DNA from: Chlorokybus atmophyticus
Taxonomy: Eukaryota > Plantae > Mesostigma and Chlorokybus algae
Assembly (NCBI GenBank): GCA_009103225.1
Contig: RHPI01002069.1
Coordinates: 397,378 to 461,377 of the forward strand
Length of the DNA stretch: 64,000 bases
Direction: 5' to 3'
The notes below the pieces were generated by a model that saw only the letters and a list, made by a program, of their open reading frames with translations, was not told where the DNA came from and searched no databases. This document shows positions 33,790 to 45,960 of this stretch, in pieces (the first letter of the stretch is position 1; each line of letters opens with the position of its first letter). The position numbers were made by a program, and so were the translations under genes.

Positions 33790-35891
33790 GTTGAAGCTGG
33801 CGGCTGTTGATTCCTCACTCCCTATTGCAGCTGTGGTGCATACCACTTGCGGATTCTCCATTATTAACTTTTTTGGTTCTTAAGTATGGTGAAGCCATGT
33901 TGAGCTTGCCTAGCTAGTTGCAGTGTTTGCAAGGCTGCAGGTTGTCCTCCCAGTTGCTGCCATTGAGTTAGGCACATTTTACCGCAGTTGCTTGCTTGAT
34001 GGCACGTGTGGCGTATCTGGTGTAAAGTTGTAGTTTTGCAGTTAGTGCTGCTATGATTGTGGCTTGCCACTCAGGTAACAGCTACACGATTTTATTATAC
34101 ATATTTATTGAAATGTTGCCAAAGGTGTGCACAAGGGCCTGACGACTGATGCATGTCACTCACCACCTGCGGGTGACATGCTCTGAGTCCTGCAGTCTTT
34201 GTGAGCCTCGCAGGCAGCCAGACCCGCGGAAACCCTAAAAGTGCCAAGTACAAAAGGCGGGAAGCCACAGTGACCAGTTGCCCCAAGGCATCTGTCGCAC
34301 TGTGACGCTTGCTGTGTTGGTGAAGCGGTGTTCATGCCTCCTTCTTTGCCCAGGTATCCCTTGGTGCAACTCTAGCCCTCCCTCACCTGCCCCTGCTTGG
34401 TCTTGCCTAGTTGTCCTGCACGCACATAGGAACCCAGCCCCTTAGCTAGTTGCTGCTTGCTTTCTTGTGTTGTTGATAACGACTGTATGCTCTGCCTTGT
34501 CCTGTTGGCTCTGCTACTGCTACTGGCTGGTTACCTCAATACTATACCCTATGCCATTGCTCACTGCCGAACAAGGTGCTGCGGGGCCCAGCACGCTCTT
34601 GCTTCTTTGGTTTGCTTGCTTTGTGCTTGCAGTTAGTTGCTGGCTTGTTGCCCTACCTCAAACTGTGGATGCGTGTGCCTACCTCAACTACGACAATTGC
34701 TTGGTATACGTTGGTTTGTGCAGTGTGTTAGGGTGCTGTTGCCCTGGTCTTGCTGTCCACTGATCAGTTATGCTTATGCATGCTGGCAAGCATCAGCAGC
34801 AACGCATTCTCCATATCACGTTACATGTACAAGTTGAGTGCCATAGCCAGGTAGAGCGGAGGAAAACTATACATCAGGATAAGAGCACATGTTGTGTGAG
34901 GAGAAGAAATCTATAGCTGGTATGTGAGTTGTTATGTGGGCATGCACTCTTTCAGCTATGTTGGTATGTTGTGACTGCCAATGTGTTGTTCTGGTGAGCA
35001 ACTAGTGCAATGCCATGGGTGCCTTCACTATGCTAGGGCTCAACGCCATCAGCAGCATTAGCGGCAAGCAGCACACACAACAACTGCACAGTGCCAAGCG
35101 TAACAAGCACACCAGTCAGCATTGCATGCTAACACGCATGCTTGTCACGATCGCATTCAAATCCGTTGAGGACATGCAATCCTAGCATACGGAAGACACA
35201 ATTGACAACGGGGCACGCTCCACTGATGACTTGGTACATTCATTGTCACTAGCCTATCTGTGTTTGGCCACATACACACAACCGACAGCGCCCACCAATG
35301 CCACCACAAGTGAGGCACCGAGTTGCTTGATCGGCAAGTAAGTGCCTTTACACTCACTAGTATCCACAAAAGCCGAGCGTCACGCGGGCTTTGGCGGGGT
35401 CCCCCCCATAGCGTTGACCGCGTCAACAACTCATATGGCGTTGTCCTTCAAGAAGCCGGTGCAGCCGTGTAACGTTGACGCTGAAATTCCCCCCAGTTTT
35501 GCTGGGCAGCATGTTGCAGACAGCAAGCCTAAAGTAGCGGAGGAGAAACGCCTTCGCCGACTTGCTGAGGTTCACAGGCACTTTGGTCCCGTTGTCGGCC
35601 GCATACTGTGCCGCCCGCCCGCCATTCGCGCAGTTGGCCCCTGCCGACTACGCCTCCACCGTCCAGATCACCGATAATGCTGACACCACCACGATCACCG
35701 CCACCAGAAGGGCCGCGAGCCGCCGCCGTCGGGCGTTGGTCGCCATGGTCCTGCACACATTGCATGCGCTGAGTGAGCAGAGCTGTGTCACATGGCTGCA
35801 CGCATGCCATAAACGTCACACGCGCGCACGTATGTTCACACACAAGCTAGGCGTACTCGGAGGCCTGAAGGCAAACCAACATATATTTATG

Positions 35892-36494
<603 letters not shown>

Positions 36495-36698
36495 GCCACC
36501 ACCAGCGACAAGCATGCAACCTAATGGTTAGACACTAGCGCGAAGCATGCATCCACTTGAAGTGATAACTGGAAATGGCGACTTGATGGCTGACCAAACA
36601 GCAATTGCATGCTGCCGGGGGGAAAGGGGACCTTACCAACATACAAGCACGCTGCTGGCGTGTGAAATTGCCAACTATTGCACGCTACCATACGCAAA

Positions 36699-36739
<41 letters not shown>

Positions 36740-38503
36740 GGCAGCGTGCTGCACAGATGCGCACCTTGCTGGCAGGGGCTCTGCTGAGCGAAAGAAGGCG
36801 GCGACGCTCGCTCGCTCAACAAACTTATACACAAGCACCAAGGTCTTACGAATGGAAGTCCCAATAGCACCGGTGCAGCACCTCACAGGGGAAGTTGCTG
36901 CTGTGCATCAAGGGAGAGGATGAGCAACGGTCTCTCCATTCAGCTCCAACCTTAAACACACACACGTGCAACACTACAACACCCCACCCCACAAGGGATG
37001 AGGGGGAGAGCCCCTTCAACAGCTACAACCAGGCACCCCATGCTCAAGTGGCCCTCTTGTAGGGCAAACACACATTGATGTCTTAATCAATACTCATCAA
37101 ATTCCCACTGAAGAATGCAAATTGGCATTTATACCACATGCTGCTGTCCCGACCTGGCACACATGATGTCCAAGGCCACCTAGGCCTTTTCACTATGCGC
37201 GCGCTGACCTTGTTCCAACATCGGAACGAATAAACTCCACCTCGAGAGTATCAAACTACCTCGGGTTACTGTAGGAGTAATATTCCTACATTGAAACTAC
37301 AAACTCAGGCTCCCCTAGTACACTTACCTTGCAACTGTCACACCTGCAAATCGCACCACCACCGTACACATCCTGTGGTTTGCCAACTTGGCTCACAATT
37401 TTGGGACTGCCACTTCCTGTGCACAGGCAGTATTTGGCAGTATTGCAAGTTGCCACTTTGGCAACTCGCAATACTCGCAATAACAAGGCTTGCATACCAT
37501 ATGCATTGACCAGCTGTGACGGTGCTTGTGCCTTGTCACCTGTGAGTTGGTCCAATCAACCCTCTCACCAAGGCACGGTATTCACACCGGAACCTTGCCC
37601 CCTCTGCCAAGCACACACGCGCGCCCCGCCACTCGCGTACGCACGCGCATGCGCTCGAAGCTACACACCGACTTGTGTAGCGCCTCGGACCGTCACACAA
37701 GCAAGCACACACCAGTGGACACACGCTAGCAACCCCTGCTAACCACCCACACGCTTGCACACAAGAAACTAGGAAGCTTAAGGTTGTATTGCACATTGTA
37801 GAATGTCGCTTTTATACCTACCAGTCTGCTCATGCTACTGTCTAGACGATTTCCATGCTACACAAAACTAGATGCAAAGATGTTATTGCAGAATCTTATA
37901 GTGTACTTGTAGACCTTTTTTTGCGAACCAAAGATCTCCTGATTAGGTGCTCATATGGTCAAGTTATACTACGTGGCGCCAGGCCCTTCCAGAAATCTGG
38001 TCGAGCCCTTCTCGACTGGCCCTCTGTTTTCTGGCACCTTCCGGACTGGTCCTGGGGCCCTGGTCGATATCCGCGGCAGACTCATAACTCGTCGATATCT
38101 GCCACAAGTCATCAAACCGTGGTGCTCGTTAAATGGGCCAAAAAAGGTCCTATTATCATGAAATTTGGCCTCGACTGTTACACCAGCTCTGTGCTAGCCC
38201 TCATCGATGCCTTGTGTAGTTTATCACACTTCACAATCATTATAAGCTCGAGAGCAGACCTACATGCGAGCGTACCCCACAAGCACTACACACGCTTGTA
38301 AAAGTACGAGTCCTCAGTTGGTCTCTCCTGACTAACAGAAGTAAGGGACAGAGAATTACTTTTGCCAGCCTTATAGGCGTGACACTTAAAAAGCATACGC
38401 GATGCAACCCTACGGGGCTCTGGCGATTTGCGCACTGCTGCTCTTGCTCTGCGCATGTAGCGATAGCTAGCGAAACCTCGTAAAGCGTTCAGGGCTCTTG
38501 AAA

Positions 38504-40419
38504 GCTGTCGGGTCGAGGGGAGTCGAGGGTCACGCTGTCTCGGACAGCTGCATGGACAGCCATGCTGTGCTGGACATGCTGCTGCGCCACCTGTGTAACG
38601 CGTAGCAAAAACTGAAAGATGACCTCAACCCTCATGGCGACAAGTGCTTCGTGCAGCTGGTGTGCTGCTGCTGGGTAGTACGGGCAGATGGAGTCGGTGT
38701 TCTCCCTAAGAACATGCTGTGCTATAGCATACAAAGTCAACAAGCCACTACTATAGGTAGTGCTGTTTATACAGTTCTTTGCGTGAGTGGAAGAGAAATT
38801 ACACTGTTAAGTGAGGTGAATGAGCAAGCAACACGTGGATGCTATGCCCTGACTGATGCCAACAAGCACACCGCGACCAAGTACACAAAGCTCACAGCAA
38901 GGACAAGCACAGTGCACAAGAACATGCACAGGCTCTCACACGGTGAGGGGATTCTTGGGATCCGGGACGGTGTGTTTCGTAGTTCAAGTCGCTTCACAAG
39001 CTCTTAGCTTTCTCACTTACAGTGTCATCAGCTGATCTGGTAATCACTGTGCCTACTTATACAAGTCAATTCATGACTGTCCAGAACATAAGCTAACGGT
39101 CATATCGAGGCTGTTTCCACAGGAAATTCCCACTCGATAAAGAACCTGACTTATAACTGAACTCACAACTGAACAGCTACGCGCGGTGCCTATGTAGGCT
39201 ATGGTCATGAGCTACTCTAGAGACATGACCTAGCTACTGGTCAGAGACGCGCGCGGGTTGCCATGCTGGTAAGCCGGGCGATGGTCTCGCTGTAGGCATG
39301 CCCGATGACGACTGGCATGCTTGGGCGATAGGCATGACAGCTGTCGGGTCGAGGGGAGTCGAGGGTCACGCTGTCTCGGACAGCTGCATGGACAGCCATG
39401 CTGTGCTGGACATGCTGCTGCGCCACCTGTGTAACGCGTAGCAAAAACAGAAAGATGACCTCAACCCTCATGGTGACAAGTGCTTCGTGCAGCTGGTGTG
39501 CTGCTGCTGGGTAGTACGGGCAGATGGAGTCGGTGTTCTCCCTAAGAACATGCTGTGCTGTAGCATACAAAGTCAACAAGCCACTACGATAGGTAGTGCT
39601 GTTTATACAGTTCTTTGCGTGAGTGGAAGAGAAATTACACTGTTAAGTGAGGTGAATGAGCAAGCAACACGTGGATGCTATGCCCTGACTGATGCCAACA
39701 AGCACACCGCGACCAAGTACACAAAGCTCACAGCAAGGACAAGCACAGTGCACAAGAACATGCACAGGCTCTCACACGGTGAGGGGATTCTTGGGAACCG
39801 GGACGGTGTGTTTCGTAGTTCAAGTCGCTTCACAAGCTCTTAGCTTTCTCACTTACAGTGTCACCAGCTGATCCGGTGAACACTGTGCCTACTTATACAA
39901 GTCAACTCATGACTGTCCAGAACATAAGCTAACGGTCATATCGAGGCTATTTCCACAGGAAATTCCCACTCGATATAGAACCTGACTTATAACTGAACTC
40001 ACAACTGAACAGCTACGCGCGGTGCCTATGTAGGCTATGGTCATGAGCTACTCTAGAGACATGACCTAGCTACTGGTCAGAGACGCGCGCGGGTTGCCAT
40101 GCTGGTAAGCCGGGCGATGGTCTCGCTGTAGGCATGCCCGATGACGACTGGCATGCTTGGGCGATAGGCATGACAGCTGTCGGGTCGAGGGGAGTCGAGG
40201 GTCACGCTGTCTCGGACAGCTGCATGGACAGCCATGCTGTGCTGGACATGCTGCTGCGCCACCTGTGTAACGCGTAGCAAAAACAGAAAGATGACCTCAA
40301 CCCTCATGGTGACAAGTGCTTCGTGCAGCTGGTGTGCTGCTGCTGGGTAGTACGGGCAGATGGAGTCGGTGTTCTCCCTAAGAACATGCTGTGCTGTAGC
40401 ATACAAAGTCAACAAGCCA
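38504..40419. repeat. 836-bp tandem repeat: A(230 bp)-LTR(606 bp) twice, then A plus a 14-bp LTR stub
   Basis: A at 38504, 39340 and 40176. LTR-homologous block at 38734-39339 and 39570-40175 matches 50234-50836. Copies differ by a few substitutions. Confidence 0.92.
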
Positions 40420-40464
40420 CCCCCCCTGGGCTCTGGGGAAGGTTCCAGCTCCAGAGCTCAGCTG

Positions 40465-40691
40465 CTAACGCAAGTGAGGAGGGCCGTTGGTACGGCAATC
40501 GTCGCACCAATACTCCTCTATAGGTATAGTGTCCAAAGGTGGCTCCAGGCAGTAGCAATGCAGGCCCTTGTTGCAGCCATCGCAGAGCATCATGAGTGCG
40601 TCGTCGCCGGCGCTGCCGCAGTGTTCAGATCGTGTGCTGCGCGCGGGACGAGGGTGCTGGATACGCCCGAAGCCGGCTACGTAAGGAAGGT
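40465..40691 (-). CDS. PHD finger at the integrase C-terminus (separated from INT by TRIM copy 2)
   Basis: (S)EHCGSAGDDALMMLCDGCNKGLHCYCLEPPLDTIPIEEYWCDDC fits C4HC3, with the first Cys apparently lost. Removing the TRIM rejoins ...CAPCHL-PYVAG... in frame. Confidence 0.85.
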
Positions 40692-41220
40692 TGTCACAGC
40701 CCACTCGACCACAAAAGACTTAGTGCTTTTATGGTCGATTTGTGGTAATTAATGTACCTTCCCGTTGCATTCCCCCCCACTTAAGAACGCTGACGTCCTC
40801 GGCAGCTGGCGGCCATCAGCTGAGGATTCTTCCCAGGGGTCTGATTTAGGGTCGGTCACCGGCCCCACCATCCAAGGACCGGCCAATTTAGGCCCAAACC
40901 GGTCAACGCGCGCATAGCGCGCCGCTGCCGGCCCCACAGGTTGCGTCGCCGCGATAGGCAGGTCGCGCCCTGCCGCGCCGACTGAACTGGTCAGTTCGGC
41001 GCGACTGCCATTAGGCAAGTCGCGACCCATCGATGATGGCACTCATAAAGTGACCATTTACGATTATTGGATCGAGAAACGACGACCGCGGAATTCGTGT
41101 GCGAGGCAGGAATCGAACCCGGGTCTCAAGCTCCGATCTCGATGTCACAGCCCATTCGACCACAAAAGACTTGGTGCTTTTATGGTCGATTTGTGGTAAT
41201 TAATGTACCTTCCCGTTACA
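40692..41220 (-). mobile_element. TRIM copy 2, intact (529 bp; 78-bp LTRs at 40692-40769 and 41143-41220)
   Basis: TG...CA LTRs, PPT, and 5-bp TSD AAGGT (40687-40691, 41221-41225). Homologous to 443-933. Confidence 0.95.
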
Positions 41221-41225
41221 AAGGT

Positions 41226-42927
41226 GACATGGCGCACAGTTCACCATGTTGTCCTTCAACCTCTCTCCGTTTTGACCAAGGAGGTTCAGCACCCCTGTGG
41301 GGTACACTTTGAGTACCTTGTAGACGGTGCGGCCTACGGAGGTGTCAAGCGTGTCTTTGGTGGCTGCCATGCGATAGGCAAAGTCCCCCGCTTGGAACCG
41401 CCGTTGGCGCTCCTTGTAGAAGCCGCTGCGTACGCGCACGTAGCGCAGCGTGTCGCGATGCTGCGCGATGCGCAGGTTGTTGAAGGCCATGGGGACGGTG
41501 CGCTCGAAAAGCGCGGCGCGCGTGGTGATGTCGTGGTGCATCCAGTCAGGGTCGTCGAGGTTGTTCACGACGCGATCCACCTCCTGCTGCGCACGGAAGG
41601 GGAGCAATGGTGGTCGCCCGAACAGCAGGTAGTACGGGCTGTACTCTCGCAGAGCTGCCTGCTTTAACAATCGATATCCAAGGGCCACCCACGGGAGGTG
41701 GTCATCCCAAGTGTTCTTCTCGTACTCCAGCACGTATTTGCGGAGTGCCTTCTTGATGGTCTGTACTGTACGCTCGGCGAGGCCGTCGGCTTGAGGGTGA
41801 TCACGCGAGGTACGGCGGTGGTCGATGTAACATTTGTCCAAGAGGGTGTCAAATTCCCCTCTGAACTCAGTACCTTGGTCAGTGATGACCGCGGCGCAAC
41901 TGCCAAATCGGCTGAGAACGTGAGAGAGGAAGGCTTGAGACACCCCCCTGCTGCTCTTGTCGGGTAATGGCACCAGCTCCACCCATTTGAAGAAGTGCTC
42001 GATGATGACCAGGATGTAACGGTTGCCACGTGCTGAGGGTGCCAAGTCCCCCAAGATGTCGAGTCCCCATCGGTAAAAGAGACCGGAGATGGGGAGTGGG
42101 TGCAAGGTGGCGCTACGCGTGTCGAGGCTGGCGCGCACCATGTCACACTGCTGGCAGTGGCTGACGAACCTTTGCACCTGTACTGTTAATCCATACCACC
42201 AATATTGTGCCCTCATAAGGCTGACTGTAAGCTTGACACCGAAGTGTCCAAGCTCAGTGTGGAGGGAAGTGATGATGCCCTCGCGCGTGACTGGTGTCGG
42301 CACTTCCTTGTCTTCGTCGTGGAAGCGGCGATACAGCTTGTCACCTGCCCATCGATAGTGACGGGTGCGTTGGTTGACCCGGTCCTTCTCTCGAGCGCTC
42401 ATGCCGGAGGGAAGCTGGCCGCTTTGAAGAAAGGAGAGTGATGGCTTGTCCTGCCATATGTCCTGCCTGGTGTCAGTGGGCGCCAGCTCTGTGTCATCGA
42501 CGTCGATGTCGGCTGCATGGGCGTCTCCCAAGGGTGTGATTGCCGCACGGTCGGTAGACTCAAGGGCAGGAATCTCCTCTACCACTGCTGAGGCCGTGGT
42601 GTTGGTCTTGCGCCCTGAGCGCAATGCGGCAGCAGCAAACATGGCTGCCATGGTGGGGGCTGTTGCTGCAGGGATGAGCTCATGCCGAGCTCCAATTGCG
42701 TCGTTGGTGCTGAGGTGAGGGTTGCGACTGAGGCCATCGGCGTCTTGGTTGGTGAGGCCAGCGCGGTGGTCGATCTCGAAGTCGTATTCCTGCAACAGCA
42801 GGGCCCATCGAGCAAGTTTCCCTGTCAGATGTTGGTTGGTCATCAGCCACTTGAGGGGCTGATGATCGGTGATCAGTTGGAACTGTCGACCAAAGAGGAA
42901 AGGTCGGAAGAAGGAGATAGCCCACAC
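41226..42927 (-). CDS. RNase H C-terminal part plus integrase (HHCC and DDE)
   Basis: ITDHQPLKWL; LARWALLLQEYDF; HTELGHFG...YWW...CQQC; RWGLDILG; VITDQGTEF; DGLAERTVQTIK. Confidence 0.95.
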
Positions 42928-42984
42928 TGCAGCGAGGCACTCCCCTTCATAGCTGCTGTAGTTGGCCTCGGCGCTGTTGTTGCT

Positions 42985-44000
42985 TCAGCTAGCGTATGAC
43001 ACCACCCGCTGCTTCTTGTTCTCATCGTGCTGCACCAGCACCGCTCCCATCCCCAGCTTGCTCCAGTCGGTGTGAAGGATGAAAGGCTTGGCGTAGTCCG
43101 GACGTTGAAGGATGGGAGCGCTGGTGAGCCTGCTCTTCAGCTCCTCGAAGGCCTGCTGTTGCGGCTCCTTCCACGCGAACTCCACCTCCTTCTTTAGTAG
43201 CTCGTTGAGGGGCCTTGCGATCTTCGCGAAGTCCTTCACGAACCGGCGATAGTAGTTGGCAAGTCCCAAGAAAGCGCGCAGACGTGTGAGGTCTGTCGGG
43301 GCAGGGATAGCTGCCAGAGCCTGTAATTTTGCCTGCTGCACATACACACCATGGGGCACAATCATGTGCCCTAAGTACGGCACCTTGTGGGTGAAGAAGG
43401 TACACTTGTCGGGGTGTACGGTCATCCCCACTCCCTTGAGTCGTTCCAGCACCGCTTCGATGTGCTGAAGATGCTCCTCGTTGCTGCGGCTGAAGATGAG
43501 GATGTCATCGATGTAGCACCGCGCGCAGTCCAGCCCCTTCAAGGCTTTGTCCATGACGCGTTGAAACTTGGCGGGGGCATTCTTCAGCCCGAACGGCATT
43601 ACCTTCCATTGGTACAACTGTCGGTTGCCCCAGAAGGAGGTCTTGTGCTTGTCCTCATCCTTTATGGCGATTTGGTTGTACCCCTGACGCATGTCTTGCT
43701 TGGTCTTGCTGTTGAGGGGGCGATAGTCGCCACACATGCGTCGCTCTGTCCAGTTGCCTGCTGAATCCTTCTTCAGTGGCATGACGGTTGCTGCTGCGAA
43801 GTCCGATGTGGACTCTTCGATAAGGCCTGCATCAAGCAGCGCCTTACATCTCTGTTCCACCAAGTCTTCTTCCAACTTGGAGAGCCTATATTGTCGTCGG
43901 AACACCGGGTCAGTGTCCACCAGCTCGATGTCCATCTGGTACACTGAGCATGTACCCAATTCCTTCACATTGAAGCTGAATTGGCTCCTCCATTTATTGA
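42985..44000 (-). CDS. Reverse transcriptase and RNase H (internal deletion near 43690; in-frame TGA at 42985)
   Basis: RMCGDYRPLN; MPFGLKNAPAKFQR; CYIDDILIFS; FLGLANYYRRFV; FILHTDWS..GMGAVL. The segment between TKQD and MRQGY is shorter than canonical. Confidence 0.95.
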
Positions 44001-44249
44001 GGAGAGCCTCCAGCATCTCTCGAGTGTCTTCTGTGGCCAACGAGCCAATGGCATGGTCCCAGGAGGTTGCATTGGCAACCACAGGAATGTCCTCCACTGT
44101 CACTGCTGCTTGCTCCTCCATGTGGATCACCTCGAGGGCTGTGTGAGCTGCCTTGGTGTCGGCTACGCGATCAGCCCACCCCCCAGCCAAGTGTTTGAGA
44201 TCCTCGAAGGACACGTGGTGGTCCTGCAACGCGAAGCTCAGCTCCAGCA

Positions 44250-45191
44250 GCCATACCATGCTGTTCTGCTCCATAGCGCGACCAAGCAGCTGGCATTGCT
44301 GACTGTCCGTCAGCGATGAGCCCGTGATGCTGTTGAGGAAGCATCCCATGGCGCGTTCACGTTCGCGTGCGTTGGGTTCTTCCAGCTTGTTAGTGGTCGC
44401 ATCGAACACCATCCCGTCACCACCGTTCCAAAATGCGTAGGAGCCCGGGCAGGACACCAATGTGGGGAGTGCGCGACGGGGCTGACCGGGCTAATTGCAC
44501 GGGTAGGAGTGGTTGTGGTCATGACGCAGGATAGGTTGTGCTGTGCGGCCGGGGTCAAAGATGTCATCGACCAGCAGGTTGCGCGGCCGAGCGCTGCGCG
44601 TGTATTCTGCGGTCATGAATTCCTCCACGGTGGCCAAGTTTGTCCATTTGGCACGTACACGATGTGCGCGCGAGCCATGTCGTGCCGCGTTCACCTTGAG
44701 TGGGTGCCCCAGAATGGAGCAAACTTGTCGGTAGCTGAAGGCCACGTGCGGACGCTTGTCGTCCTCTGAATGCACATTTTCGATGACGTACCCCAGGGGT
44801 CTGGAGATCTGGTGGTGTTGAAGGAGGTGGATAATTCTCATCAGCTCCCAGAACAGCCCGGAGCGAGGGTTTTTGAGGCCTTGCCCCTTGCCTGCCCTGG
44901 AGTGCCCTTGGCATTCCCATCCAGCTATTAACAGGTCGACGTTGCCGAGGGACAGTAGGTGATCTTCGGTGATCAGCCAAAGGTCCTGTGGCAATGCTTT
45001 GAGGCTGCCTTGCAACGCCGAGAGGGTAGTTGACGTGGGTACCTGGCGTGCAGTTGGCGTAAGTGGTGCTTGAGGACCGTTTGCGCGTGTGGGTCTGGGT
45101 CGCAGTAATAGTATTTGACAACCTTCACGCCCGTGTTGAGGACCGCAGCAAGACCGCTGCCAATGCCTCCAAACAGCTCCAACACTGTGAT
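44250..45191 (-). CDS. C5 cytosine DNA methyltransferase (DNMT3-like) embedded in pol between protease and RT; frameshift ~45030, TAG at 44491
   Basis: Motif I VLELFGGIG; motif IV DLLIAGWECQGHS; RSGLFWE; motif VI VIENV; motif VIII AHRVRAKWTNL; motifs IX/X ERERAMG...LLGRAM. Confidence 0.9.
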
Positions 45192-45699
45192 GCCCTGTTG
45201 CCTGCGAAAGGTGTGGAACTCCACCACTCCGGTGGCCACCATATGGTGGTCCTGCACCTTGACGTGGCTTCGGTAGTTGGGGAAGCGCGTGGTGATCAGT
45301 GGATGGCTGAGCAAGATGTGTGCGTCCACCTGTGCGCGCCAACGCCGTTCAGCTGGGTCTTGTAATGCTACTTCCACGGTGGCATCCTCCTGCTCCTCGT
45401 TGTACGGGGTGGGAAAGGAGTCGACGGTTCGGCACGGGGTCGCAGCACCAGCAGCGACTTGCGTCCGAGCGCCGTCGTGTGTGGCCATTACAGCCTTCCG
45501 GGTGCGAGCGTGGCTGCGTGTGGCCATGGCAGCCATTTTGCGTTGGGCGCGCGTGCGCGAGACCAACTCGAGAGGCAGGAAACCCTGCACCTCTCCGTCA
45601 TCCTCATCCCAATGTGGCCGAAACCACGCTCGCTCTGTCCAGCAGTCGAGGCCCATGCCCACAGGGAAGTTGAAGTCCTGCCCAAGCAGAAAGTCGAAG

Positions 45700-45960
45700 G
45701 AGCCGGCATCGTTGACCACACATTGCTGGACGATCTCGGTCGTGTGGGTTGGGTCCAGCCATGTCAACCGAATGCAAAAGGCCTCCCTGGTGACTCCCAT
45801 CACCTTATCTCGGCTACCTGTGGCAGTGGCCAACACGTACGGGCAAGGCACCAAGTCGGAGCTGGTTATGCCTAGGGACCGCGCGAGAAAGCGCCCGATG
45901 ATGACAGGCTGTGCTCCGGTGTCCAACATTACTTGCTTGGGTGCCAGGCCGTTAATGGTA
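45700..45960 (-). CDS. Retroviral-type aspartic protease domain
   Basis: QVMLDTGAQPVIIG ... FDFLLGQDF. Confidence 0.88.
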
